NCBI GenBank assembly: GCA_965228855.1
Contig: CBDDIJ010000003.1
Coordinates: 2,272,001 to 2,336,000 of the forward strand
Length of the DNA: 64,000 bases
Source: Candidatus Obscuribacterales bacterium
Lineage (GTDB): Bacteria > Cyanobacteriota > Vampirovibrionia > Obscuribacterales > Obscuribacteraceae
Reading direction: 5' to 3'
In this document: positions 38,820-48,662 of the stretch, piece after piece
How the letters are laid out: every line of letters begins with the position of its first letter
Position numbering within the stretch: position 1 is the first letter of the stretch
Position numbers and translations under genes: made by a program
Notes under the pieces: generated by a model
Database searches by the model: none
What the model saw: the letters and a program-made list of their open reading frames with translations, nothing else
What the model was told of the DNA's origin: nothing

Positions 38820-38991
38820 GGATTCTTATCCTCACTAACCCATGTGCGGCCACACTACGAGTCTTTTCTAGTATACCCATAGAACGATTATCTGTAACTG
38901 AAAAAACAAAGAGCCGAGCGAGATATAACGCCCGGCTCCAGTGATAGAAACTGCTGGAGAGTTTCCAGCGAAAGCAACTGCTGGTCTCGGT

Positions 38992-40131
38992 TTAAGACAG
39001 CAAGATTTTTCTGCAGTGATTGTCCCGCAGGCGCCAGATTGCCGCATCGGTGATGAAGTGGTGATAGTTCACACATCCCAACACCAGACCGCCAACCATG
39101 CCGAAATCCAAGCCCATTTGCATGAAGAAATGGGGGATTCCAACGTAGAAGAAACATCCCGTTAAGATCACGGTCCCGATGTATTTAACGGCCGGCCAGC
39201 GAATTACTTCGCGGCTCATTTTCCAGGTGTCCATGCCTTCAGGCATACCGCGTTCTTTCAAATAGTATGCCAGGCACACTGCCAGGTATTGGCTTCCATG
39301 ATAGAAGCCCGGAACGTAGAACCACAACATTGAGTTGGCGGTACCGCTGGACAGACCGAGGCAGGCGACCGTGATAATCAGCAACAACGACGGGATAGGC
39401 ATGATCTTTTTATCCATGACCGCTTTCTTCAGCACCACGCCGACAAAAGCGATTGCCATGCAGATGAGGATCAATCTAGCAGCATTGAAGTAGACCAGCG
39501 GAAGCGGTCCCCAGAATGGAATCGGTACACCGTAGAAGTTTCGAGGACTGAAGTCTTGAAAGGTCAGAAAGCGAATGATCACATAACCGGACATTGAAAG
39601 GATGAACCAACGGAAAATCTCTTTCTCTACGTTGTTCATGATGTAGCCGCGTTTGTAGCAGTAGATGAGAGCAATCCCGAAAGCCTGCGCCGCGTAGTGC
39701 CAGAAAACGGTAATTAGATAGAGATAGACTAGCGAACTCGTGAACTCCGGCTTACTGAGCCCGAGTACGAAGATCGGAATTATGGAATAAGCGAGCCAGG
39801 TTCGGTAAAACTTGAATCGTTTTCGATCTTCCTTACTCCCCCATATCCGCATGTAGGTCGCGGTGTTGTGCGAGTCAGCGAATATGTGTTGAGTCAGGAA
39901 CATCGTGATGATGAGGAACATCGTCAGTCCGTTGGCGTTCATGTCGACGGGCACCGACCAGCCTAGAAACTGGTAGTTGATTGCCATCAGTACGAGAACA
40001 CCACCGCCGGTGATGAATATGAAATCGAAAACCGGGTTGATGATCCACGGATAAGGCTTGCCAGCGTGGGTGGCGGTTGAATCTTTCGGAACTTCAGGTA
40101 CGTTCGTACCTGCAATACTGCTACTAACCAA
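38992..40131 (-). CDS. His-rich polytopic membrane protein, putative metalloenzyme (paralog 2)
   Basis: Same four His motifs as paralog 1. Start placed at TTG 40131 by analogy with the paralog N-terminus (xVSS) and a GAGGGG SD. Confidence 0.65.
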   Translation of the reverse strand: MVSSSIAGTNVPEVPKDSTATHAGKPYPWIINPVFDFIFITGGGVLVLMAINYQFLGWSVPVDMNANGLTMFLIITMFLTQHIFADSHNTATYMRIWGSKEDRKRFKFYRTWLAYSIIPIFVLGLSKPEFTSSLVYLYLITVFWHYAAQAFGIALIYCYKRGYIMNNVEKEIFRWFILSMSGYVIIRFLTFQDFSPRNFYGVPIPFWGPLPLVYFNAARLILICMAIAFVGVVLKKAVMDKKIMPIPSLLLIITVACLGLSSGTANSMLWFYVPGFYHGSQYLAVCLAYYLKERGMPEGMDTWKMSREVIRWPAVKYIGTVILTGCFFYVGIPHFFMQMGLDFGMVGGLVLGCVNYHHFITDAAIWRLRDNHCRKILLS

Positions 40132-40245
40132 GGTCCTTCCCCTCTTCCTCTTGCGCAATAGGGACAACAAGTTGATACGCCGGCCTTTTTCATTGTACCC
40201 AAGGCACCCGGCGCTAAACCACGATTATTCGACTTATAAGACCTG

Positions 40246-41259
40246 TTACTTTTTCGTTTTCTGATACAGATAATAGGGCGAAACGCGCCGGATCGTATCT
40301 TCGAACGGAGTCGGTTTGAAATCCAACTCTCTCATCGCTTTGTCGGAGCTGAAAAAGATCTTGTGCTGCGCAAGCCAGGCAGCCTGGCGACTCACCGGCG
40401 ATTGCATGCCGAACATCGGCATCACAGCTTCGGCGAGCGTCCCCAAACCAACCAGAATGGATGCCGGAATTTCAAACATAGGCGGGCGAACGCCCTGGAC
40501 CTTGGAAAATATCTCTGCGGCCTGGCGGTAGGTCAAGTTAGCGCTCACAAGCGCATAGCGCTCGCCTGGGGTCCCTTTATCGATTGCGGCGATATGAGCA
40601 TCGACCACATCGTTGATATCGGAGAACGTGACACCACCCTTTGGAACGCCTACCAGCGCGCCTTTTGCCAGCGCCGTAAATATCGCATGATGATGCGGAT
40701 GCTTGTCGCCTTCCCCGAAAGTGATACCAGGTGAAAGTGTGATCACAGGAAGACCACGCTTAAAGATCTGCTTCACTTCTTGCTCTGCAGCATATTTGGA
40801 ATCGCAGTAGTTTAAACCCAAACCGCCCAGGTTGTACTCGAGTTCCTCAGTACCAATCTCGCCGCTCTTTGGAATTCCCATCGCAGCCACTGAACTCGTG
40901 TGAATCACTCTTCCGACTCCGGCTCTCAGAGCGGCTTCCAAAACATTCCGAGTTCCGACCACATTCACGGCATACTGGCGATGAACGTCCTTTTTCTTGT
41001 ACGAAACCAATCCAGCCAGATGGAAAACGACATCGATATCATCCATCGCTCGATGAATACTTTCGAGGTTGGTGACATCACCGCTCAAGTGTTCGATAGG
41101 CAAATCGCGCAGTTTCTTCGAGGCAGTTCCCGAGCGGCCAAAGGTTTTGACCTGATAGCCATCGTCCACAAGACGCTGCACGAGATTAGACCCGATAAAA
41201 CCGGAAGCGCCTGTCACCAGGACTTTTTTATTGGTGTTAGCTTCCTTATCTTCGGACAT
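40246..41259 (-). CDS. NAD-dependent epimerase/dehydratase (HpnA/dihydroflavonol reductase-like extended SDR)
   Basis: VTGASGFIG, FHLAG, HTSS, YCDSK. Confidence 0.88.
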   Translation of the reverse strand: MSEDKEANTNKKVLVTGASGFIGSNLVQRLVDDGYQVKTFGRSGTASKKLRDLPIEHLSGDVTNLESIHRAMDDIDVVFHLAGLVSYKKKDVHRQYAVNVVGTRNVLEAALRAGVGRVIHTSSVAAMGIPKSGEIGTEELEYNLGGLGLNYCDSKYAAEQEVKQIFKRGLPVITLSPGITFGEGDKHPHHHAIFTALAKGALVGVPKGGVTFSDINDVVDAHIAAIDKGTPGERYALVSANLTYRQAAEIFSKVQGVRPPMFEIPASILVGLGTLAEAVMPMFGMQSPVSRQAAWLAQHKIFFSSDKAMRELDFKPTPFEDTIRRVSPYYLYQKTKK

Positions 41260-41342
41260 CCGTTTCGATTCTTTTTGGCTCGCGTGTCTATTCTGTCACG
41301 TTGGGTCGACAAATGGGGGTTTTGTGGTTGCGGATTTGACGA

Positions 41343-42272
41343 TCAGATCGGAATGAAGGTCCCGACGGGATTCTCACGGTATGTATCGAGAGCCACGTCA
41401 AGAGCAGCTCCGTCACGTCCAATCACTGTCGCAAGCCCGTTTGACTGGCAGATGTTGTCATTTAGCGACAGGACGACCTGATCGCGGCTAAGGGTCGGCA
41501 CGGTTTGCACCGTTTCCATCACCGCAGCTAAAAGTTTACCGGCTTGAGGTGGCAGATTTATGATCGGCTTTCTCTTGCCAACAATTGCACCCAGTTCCTC
41601 TACAAATCGTTTCATCGATAAGACTGTTGAGCCGCCGAGTTCGATGGTTTCTCCATCATGCCGGTCAGATATACAATTCGAAATCGCTTCAACACAATCA
41701 CTTACGAAGATAGGCTGGATCTTATTGGCGCCACCATTTACAAGAGGCACAAACTGTTTGTTCTGAATGAAACCGAGAAGGCGCGCCACAAGCTTGCTGT
41801 TTCTCGAACCGATCACACGACCAATCAAAAGCGATGGTCGCAGAATTGTGAAAGATAGCCCTGACTTCCTGACTTCCTCTTCAGCTAACCATTTAGTGCG
41901 ATGATACTGGGATGGCGCGTCCGAAGCCGTTCCCAGCGCAGTGATTAAAACAATTTTTTTCACGCCTGCGGATTTAGCCAATTCACAAAAACGCCTGGTC
42001 AATGCTTGATGAATGTCTTCAAAAGACTCGCCCTTTTTCGGTGCGATACTGCCGATCAAGTGAACCGCATACTCGACGCCTTCAAAAAACTCACCGGCAT
42101 TTTGGTCAGCCAGCGATCCTTCGACGACCTGCGCCCCCATCTTCTTAAGCAACGCCACTTCTTCCGAACGGGCATTTTTTCGCACCAGACACCTGACACT
42201 GCGCCCTTCTTGCGTGAGCTTGTGGGTCAAATGGCTACCGAGAAAACCGGTTGCCCCGTCAACTAGAATCAA
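41343..42272 (-). CDS. NDUFA9-like atypical SDR
   Basis: GATGFLG, HLIG, SQYHRTKWLAEE, ILRPS, QPIFV.D. Confidence 0.85.
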   Translation of the reverse strand: MILVDGATGFLGSHLTHKLTQEGRSVRCLVRKNARSEEVALLKKMGAQVVEGSLADQNAGEFFEGVEYAVHLIGSIAPKKGESFEDIHQALTRRFCELAKSAGVKKIVLITALGTASDAPSQYHRTKWLAEEEVRKSGLSFTILRPSLLIGRVIGSRNSKLVARLLGFIQNKQFVPLVNGGANKIQPIFVSDCVEAISNCISDRHDGETIELGGSTVLSMKRFVEELGAIVGKRKPIINLPPQAGKLLAAVMETVQTVPTLSRDQVVLSLNDNICQSNGLATVIGRDGAALDVALDTYRENPVGTFIPI

Positions 42273-42298
42273 GACACTCCCCTTTCTAAAGTTAAGCC

Positions 42299-42688
42299 TC
42301 AGCTGCGGTGCTTCAACTTTCTGTAGATATTTTTCATTAAGGTCACCTCGCCCACTTCGTTTCCTTGAGCCTTGTGGCCTAGATATTGAAACAGATAGCC
42401 AAGCACGATGAGCGCCGCGCCTTTAGGCACGTCTTTGCCGGTGAAAAAGTAAAAGAAGCCTGCAAATGCCGCCGGAACGCCCAGGATATGGAGGGAGGCG
42501 TTAACTGGATGAGCATGTCTGCCAATGTAATCTTTTACAAACCAGAGCACCGAACCGCAGGCACCTGCGATAGGGCATGAGTTTGCGGACTCATCGTTTC
42601 TCGCCGTGGTGGCGTCAGCGGTGCCCTGTTTTTTGTAGTCGAACGTTGTTTCCCGTCCGTTCTGTGTTCCTGCACCGTTATTACTCAT
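42299..42688 (-). CDS. DUF962 / Mpo1-like membrane protein
   Basis: Y...H.HPVN..LH.LGVP and Q..GH...GN motifs. Confidence 0.8.
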   Translation of the reverse strand: MSNNGAGTQNGRETTFDYKKQGTADATTARNDESANSCPIAGACGSVLWFVKDYIGRHAHPVNASLHILGVPAAFAGFFYFFTGKDVPKGAALIVLGYLFQYLGHKAQGNEVGEVTLMKNIYRKLKHRS

Positions 42689-42700
42689 GATCGCATCTCC

Positions 42701-43720
42701 TTACTTGCGTCCATTTTCCGATTTGAAAGTTGCGAGCGTCTGTGAAATTCCGGTTTGAAACGGCACTCGATCAACGTAGTTCAATTCTCTCTCTGCCTTG
42801 GCAATGCTGAAGCCTTGATTGACGCCCGCGAGCCGGAAAGCGGCTCTCGAGAAGCGCGCTAGCTTCCTTTGCGTGTCGACTCCCATCATCGGAGCTACAG
42901 AGGATACAACTTCGCAGAAAAGCTTTGCCGCTACCCCCGGTACCACTTTTTTTACTCGCGGAAGATTTAAACCGTCAGCAATTGCATCAAAAAGTTCTTT
43001 CTTCGAAATTTTCTGCCCGTCAGTTAAGTTGTAAACCTGACCGTAAGCCTTTTCATTCAAGATGGCAGACGTGATCGCACGGCTCAAATTTTCCACATAG
43101 ATTACATTGGTCTCTTTTTTGCCGCCATCGATCAGCATCGCTTTTCCTGTCGCGATCGAGTTAATCAGACGCGGCATCCATGCCCGCTCTCCAGGACCGT
43201 AGATAAAACCTGGTCGCAGCGAAGTTACTTTCATCTTGCTCTGCGGATTTTCGGACTCCGCCATGACAGTACGCTCAGCTTCAACTTTAGAGTCCGCGTA
43301 AGACTCGCCACAAGGCTTCAGAGGCTCAGTCTCGTCGACATTATACAGATCACCCTGACCGGTGATGACGGACAGACTGCTCACATAGAGAAAGTGTTTT
43401 ACATTCTGAGCTTTGGCGGCCTCCAGAATGTTCCTGGTTCCGCCGACATTGGTTGCGAATATGCTTTCACGCGAGCCATAAGGGTCCACAGTGGCGGCGG
43501 AGTGGACCACAACCTCGGCCCCTGATATCGCCTGTGATACCGCTTCTCGATCTTCGATGTCCGCTGTTCGAATTTCAATGTTGGAGGACTTGAATTGCGA
43601 AAGTTTGTCCCTGCTTCTGCCGATTGCGATGACTTCGTAATTATTGTCGGCGAGATACTGGACCAGATGTCCTCCGACTAATCCAGTCGCACCAGTGACG
43701 GCAACCTTCGGATTTGTCAT
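42701..43720 (-). CDS. 3-beta-HSD-like extended SDR (NAD-dependent epimerase/dehydratase)
   Basis: VTGATGLVG, HSAA, NVGGT, YVSS, YADSK..AE, LRPGFIYGPGE. Confidence 0.88.
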   Translation of the reverse strand: MTNPKVAVTGATGLVGGHLVQYLADNNYEVIAIGRSRDKLSQFKSSNIEIRTADIEDREAVSQAISGAEVVVHSAATVDPYGSRESIFATNVGGTRNILEAAKAQNVKHFLYVSSLSVITGQGDLYNVDETEPLKPCGESYADSKVEAERTVMAESENPQSKMKVTSLRPGFIYGPGERAWMPRLINSIATGKAMLIDGGKKETNVIYVENLSRAITSAILNEKAYGQVYNLTDGQKISKKELFDAIADGLNLPRVKKVVPGVAAKLFCEVVSSVAPMMGVDTQRKLARFSRAAFRLAGVNQGFSIAKAERELNYVDRVPFQTGISQTLATFKSENGRK

Positions 43721-45384
43721 GAAACCTCCAGTAAAGCGAGTCTTCCGGAAAATGATTTGTGAGCACTTAGAAGTGGAATCTTCACCTGGGCTTCAGGCGC
43801 GCCTTCCGCCACTCTTTGTTGTCGAAGACGAGTGTAGGTTCCGGGTGGAAGAATTCTCAACTCCGGTTCAGCAAGGCGTTTTGTCGAACGCTTATCTTCG
43901 TACTCCGGATTCTGCATGCGAAGCGATTGATCGAATGCTCTCACAAACGCAACTCTCAACGATTCCGGAAGCTCACTGTTCAACTCCGCGTAGCAAACAT
44001 AATACGGCGGCAGACCCAGTTCCACTTCAGCCGTGAAGTGACTGATTTCGCCCATGTTCAACTGTTTAACGGCTTGAGTGAGACCGACCAGCACTTGTTC
44101 TTCAGTCAGCTTCTCTCCGGTAATCGAGCTTACGCCAACCCCCTTGCGAACAAAGCGGAGCACCGGAGTTTTCTCTGCGAAACCGGTCACCTCCATCAAG
44201 TCGTTGATGTTATACCGATAGAGTCCGGCATTAGTTGTGAAGTGAATGTAATAGCGTCCGTTCAACTTCAAATCTTCGATTGTTTGAAACTTCATGTTGC
44301 CGGCTTCGTAATCGTCTTCGGAAACAAACTCGAAGAAGTGCGACGTTAGTGCAAGAACACCTCCTGCACCTTCATCAGATATTGGAATAGTTCCACGCCC
44401 CTCTGATGCCATGTAACCGAAGTCACGAATTGGAATATTGCCGTAAAATTCGGGCAATCGTTCCAGATAGAACGACATCGGTCCACCCTTCCAACAAGAC
44501 ATTACGCCCAGTCGCGGCCACACCATCTCCGGTGTCAATGTGCCATTTCGCTCCAGCAGTTTTTGCAATTCTTTTGCGCGCTTCGGATCGGCAGTGAAGT
44601 ACGGTTCAAAGGCCGCTCTTAAGGCAGCCGGAGGCGCATAACGTTGTTTCAAAGTGCCATCATGCAGGTCCTTGATCAAATCCATGGCATGCTCTTGCAA
44701 TTGATCTGCCAGTAGCAAGAAACTCGATGGATTACAACCAAGAACAGCGGTAACGTCCTGACCGAGGGAAACCCGAAGCATCAAGTAATATTTGACGTCG
44801 ACATCCTTGATAGTGCACAGCTCATACGGCACAGCAAAATGGCGCCGAATAATCGGAGCCTGCCTCCGGTTCAACAGGCCGGAAACGGCACCATACGGCA
44901 AACCGCCAGGAGTATAACCTTCCTGATCGTTACTCGTAATGATGAGAAATTTTCCTTCGGCTGCATGCTTGAAACTCTGAATTAAGTGATAGTTGTGCAC
45001 CTGAAAAGCATGTGTGTAATCTTTGAGGTGGTGTTCCGTAATCGGAATATACTTAGGGTTCGCAGTGGTACCACTTGTGGTGGCAAACATAAATGGATCA
45101 TCGGCGGTAAGTTGATTCGTTCCACCGTTCAATAGCTTATCTATATAAGGAGTGAAGTACTCGTAAGTCGAGTGCGGGACGCGGCTTTTGAAGCCCTCAT
45201 AGTTTGTAATCTCGGAGAACTTATGGTCTTTTCCGAAAGCACTGTTCTTATGTCTCTCGATGATTGATTTTAGTTTCGCACGCTGAAATTCGCCGGGATT
45301 TTTGAGCGCGTCGTAGAAGTGGCGAATGTGCGTCGCTCTGCGAGCCAATTGGCCGATCTTGATATCGAGATTTTTAAACGCCAT
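43717..45384 (-). CDS. GH3-family acyl-acid amido synthetase
   Basis: TTSGTT..PKYIP, YMASEG, FFEF, GLYRYNIND. Confidence 0.9.
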   Translation of the reverse strand: MAFKNLDIKIGQLARRATHIRHFYDALKNPGEFQRAKLKSIIERHKNSAFGKDHKFSEITNYEGFKSRVPHSTYEYFTPYIDKLLNGGTNQLTADDPFMFATTSGTTANPKYIPITEHHLKDYTHAFQVHNYHLIQSFKHAAEGKFLIITSNDQEGYTPGGLPYGAVSGLLNRRQAPIIRRHFAVPYELCTIKDVDVKYYLMLRVSLGQDVTAVLGCNPSSFLLLADQLQEHAMDLIKDLHDGTLKQRYAPPAALRAAFEPYFTADPKRAKELQKLLERNGTLTPEMVWPRLGVMSCWKGGPMSFYLERLPEFYGNIPIRDFGYMASEGRGTIPISDEGAGGVLALTSHFFEFVSEDDYEAGNMKFQTIEDLKLNGRYYIHFTTNAGLYRYNINDLMEVTGFAEKTPVLRFVRKGVGVSSITGEKLTEEQVLVGLTQAVKQLNMGEISHFTAEVELGLPPYYVCYAELNSELPESLRVAFVRAFDQSLRMQNPEYEDKRSTKRLAEPELRILPPGTYTRLRQQRVAEGAPEAQVKIPLLSAHKSFSGRLALLEVS

Positions 45385-45401
45385 TATTCACCTATCCAAA
45401 A

Positions 45402-46640
45402 TCAGGCGTTCGTAGCCTGCGCGTAGCTGACCGCGTTGTCGGGCACTTTCACGACCAGACGCTTCAGTTTGTTCTCATCGATTCGGATTCCCAGTCCTGG
45501 TCCATCAGGCAGGAATCCGCGACCACCTTGTTTCATCGTGGTATCTTCGATTGACAGATCTGATTTGAGCAAGAAACGGTTGAACGAACCTTCGCAATTG
45601 TCGAGCGGTCCCTTGACACAAGCGAACGACCGACCGGCAGCACTGAGAATAGCGGACTCGCCGACTTGCGCGCCGAGCAAACATCCCACTCCGGCGGCCC
45701 TAGCCATATCAACCATGCGAGTAGCCGCTATCAGACCGCCCACCTTTGAAAGACGGATGTTGAATGCGTTGGCTGCTCTGGCTTCAATCAAATTTTCCGC
45801 ATCGCGCAATGTCAAAAGTGATTCATCCGCGACGATGGTTTCCGGAAGATCCCGTGTCAGGCGTCGCATGCCGGCGATGTCTTCGGCAGGGAGTGGTTGT
45901 TCGATCGACTCGATGCGATACTCACGCATTTTTTCGGCGAAGTACATTGTCTCATCGACCGTCCAGGCACAGTTGGCATCTATTCGGAGAATAGCGTCAT
46001 CGCCCATGATCTGACGGGTCAACTTCAGGCGCTCGAGGTCGGAATCGATGTCGCGGCCAACTTTGACTTTGACGGTTTTAAATCCGTATAGCTTGAAGAA
46101 ATAGAGCATTCCGAGAAGCGGAAGTTTGCTATTGCCGGAGAACGGCAAAACGCCGCCATACGTACAGTAACTGGATATGGTGGCAGACTGCTGAAACGCT
46201 CCTGTTTTGGATAATCGAACAGCATCCTGCATGGACAGTAACGATGCTATGGATAAACCGTTTACGCGTGCCACCGCATCTAACACCGCGAGTTCGACCG
46301 CGCACCAGGAAGCGCCTTTCGGTTTGTCGACCAGGGACAAACTGATGAAAGTCTCTTCCAACTTCGCCAACGCGTCGAGAGGCGAGTTAAAGGTCAGCGC
46401 CGCTATGCGCGGCGCGTATTCGGTGTTGATAGCTTTAATGGCGCCTTCGGTCGTTTCACCGGTGACGTAATCACGTGGCACACTCTCACCGTATCCGATG
46501 GCACGTCTGCCTGTTGCGGCGTCTTCGATATCGACTCGCACGATCACGTTAGTCGACGAATTGCGCGAGGCAAGACTGTGGCCGAAAGAAAAGCGGAACG
46601 GAATTTTGATGGCAAAGGCTTTGATCGAGTTTATTTTCAT
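45402..46640 (-). CDS. Enolase-superfamily, MLE/dipeptide-epimerase-like enzyme
   Basis: GYGE..PR.YVTGET, KVKVG, DAN, EQP, DES, NIRLSKVGG, GAQVGE. Start at MKINS (46640) overlaps the upstream stop by 1 nt. Confidence 0.88.
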   Translation of the reverse strand: MKINSIKAFAIKIPFRFSFGHSLASRNSSTNVIVRVDIEDAATGRRAIGYGESVPRDYVTGETTEGAIKAINTEYAPRIAALTFNSPLDALAKLEETFISLSLVDKPKGASWCAVELAVLDAVARVNGLSIASLLSMQDAVRLSKTGAFQQSATISSYCTYGGVLPFSGNSKLPLLGMLYFFKLYGFKTVKVKVGRDIDSDLERLKLTRQIMGDDAILRIDANCAWTVDETMYFAEKMREYRIESIEQPLPAEDIAGMRRLTRDLPETIVADESLLTLRDAENLIEARAANAFNIRLSKVGGLIAATRMVDMARAAGVGCLLGAQVGESAILSAAGRSFACVKGPLDNCEGSFNRFLLKSDLSIEDTTMKQGGRGFLPDGPGLGIRIDENKLKRLVVKVPDNAVSYAQATNA

Positions 46641-47575
46641 CAGGACACCGCGGGCAAGCGAGACAACAGCCATTCAGAGATCAGGTGAGTGTACTCTTTA
46701 AACCAGTTTGCGTCAAAGTCCAGGCAGTGTTGCGCATCCGGGAATAACCTCATGGTTTTATCCGGCGACTTTAGCTTAGCGAACCACTTGCTCAGTTTAT
46801 CGGTATCCACAATCACGTCGTTTCCAGGCTGCAGGATAATGACAGGCATAGAGATATTTCCTGCTGCCTTCTCAGCCATTCCTCCAATTTTGTAGCTCTC
46901 GACAAAAAACGTTGCCGTCGCCTCGTGAAGTCGCAACGGGTCCTTTTCCAGGAAATCAAAGTAAACAGGATTATCAGTAAACATCTGTGTTGTTAGTGGA
47001 ATCGGCCACTTCCGCAATGCTCGGCGGTCACCAAGAACAGCGTTTGCGGCGATTTCGAGCTTCGTCTTCAAGTCGTAATCTACTTTTGAATAGATAGCAG
47101 GACTACTGAGGACAAGTGCAGAAATAGGGAAGGCGTCGGGAACTCCCAATTCGGAAGCCCCCCTGGAATTTTCCTGAGCAAATAAAGTCGCAGGTTTTGC
47201 GCCCCAGCAGTTTCCCCAGAGAATGATGGGGTGACCCATGTGCTGATTGCAGATCTTGCGAAGTATGGCGTTCAAATCATCGATAAAGACTTTGTAACTC
47301 GTCACATGCCCACGGTCTCGCGAATTCATGCCGGAGCCACGCCGATCCGGCGCATATACGGTGATGCCTCTGCTGTTGAGGATAGATGCCGTATTCTCGA
47401 ACCACTGGCTATGCCCTTCAATACCGTGAATATAAAGAACAACGGGTGCTCCAACTTTTCCACGCCAGATACGGCAAAACAACTGCGAACCGTCGGAAGC
47501 CCTCAACCATTCGTGCTCGGGCTGCACGGCTTGTTCTTGAACCGGTGGAAGCGGAATAGAGACGAGATCTTTCAA
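46640..47575 (-). CDS. Alpha/beta hydrolase (lysophospholipase-like) with a Cys nucleophile
   Basis: HGIEGHS.WF, DRRGSG, nucleophile elbow GNCWG, GND, AQH. Confidence 0.85.
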   Translation of the reverse strand: MKDLVSIPLPPVQEQAVQPEHEWLRASDGSQLFCRIWRGKVGAPVVLYIHGIEGHSQWFENTASILNSRGITVYAPDRRGSGMNSRDRGHVTSYKVFIDDLNAILRKICNQHMGHPIILWGNCWGAKPATLFAQENSRGASELGVPDAFPISALVLSSPAIYSKVDYDLKTKLEIAANAVLGDRRALRKWPIPLTTQMFTDNPVYFDFLEKDPLRLHEATATFFVESYKIGGMAEKAAGNISMPVIILQPGNDVIVDTDKLSKWFAKLKSPDKTMRLFPDAQHCLDFDANWFKEYTHLISEWLLSRLPAVS

Positions 47576-47884
47576 ATTTATGACCGCGCTTTGACTAAGG
47601 GCAGGGACGATTAACCTGATGAATACTGCCTGGGCAGCCGAGCTAACATTGAATTAAGAGATTCCGGGTTTCTTAACAATAAAATACGACAAGAGTTTAG
47701 CACCTGTCAGTGGCGCGCTGAGAGCTTTCAAGAGCAGCCAGGTGAAATCGCTTAATGTATTTTTCAAAATTATTAGCACCTTGAAATGGCTACGAGTGCT
47801 ACACGTAGTACATTATTAGGTTCCTGGGCACTTGACTGTGAGCGTCAAGTGGCGATGGTTTATTTTTAAGGTTGAACTGACAAC

Positions 47885-48610
47885 ATGGCGAGAATCACTG
47901 GCTGGCTCGGTGAACTGGTGCAGGAATTGAATTGGGGCTGTGAAAACAGTCCTTATATTCGGAACCTCGAAGGCGACACATTAGAGACAGGACGCGAATT
48001 GTGCTTGGTCCTCTGGCCATTTCTTTCTCAACTGCCGGCAAATGTTTCCCGCGTAAGGCGCATCTTGCCGAACCATATGACGGCCGCCCAGAAGTTCTTC
48101 GACCAACTAAAAGACGACGAGCGCTTCTATCAGGGTCTGTACCTTCAGCAGTGCACACTCACCGGCGTGGAAGAGTCGACGCTGCGCAATTTCAAACCTG
48201 ATGAGAAAACGTTGAATCTCTGCGACCTGATGCAGCAGTACTGCGCCAGTCCCGATTATCATGACGGTGTTCTTGCGATAATCACAGCAGAACTCGCGGC
48301 GACCTGTTTTGCCCGTCACTCAATTGAGCATGTGGAGAGCTACTTCAGCAGCCTTCCGGAAAGCGAGCGCAGAATCAGCCTGGATGACGGTCTGGCGTGG
48401 CTGAGACTGCATGCGAAGCCGCACCCGAAACACGCGCTCTGGTTGATGAGAACAATTGAAGCAATCGACAGTCGTCCCCCGTCTAATAAGATGCCTCAAC
48501 CGGTAGCATTACTGGTGGATGCCATTCACCAGTTTTTGCGTTCGGAAAAAAAGGGGCCACGCGTCAGTCACACGAAGTTAGTCAGTTCTGTCTCAGATCC
48601 GGTCCTGTAA
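47885..48610 (+). CDS. Heme-oxygenase-like (PqqC/TenA/CADD-type) helical protein, putative diiron oxidase
   Basis: All-helical; DERFY, ITAE, WLRLHAKPHPKH arranged like the E..E..H...H ligands of HO-like diiron enzymes. Confidence 0.55.
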   Translation: MARITGWLGELVQELNWGCENSPYIRNLEGDTLETGRELCLVLWPFLSQLPANVSRVRRILPNHMTAAQKFFDQLKDDERFYQGLYLQQCTLTGVEESTLRNFKPDEKTLNLCDLMQQYCASPDYHDGVLAIITAELAATCFARHSIEHVESYFSSLPESERRISLDDGLAWLRLHAKPHPKHALWLMRTIEAIDSRPPSNKMPQPVALLVDAIHQFLRSEKKGPRVSHTKLVSSVSDPVL

Positions 48611-48662
48611 TACAAATCGAACCGATGTCATTGAAACTCGCATGTACTAGAGAGAGGTCCTA

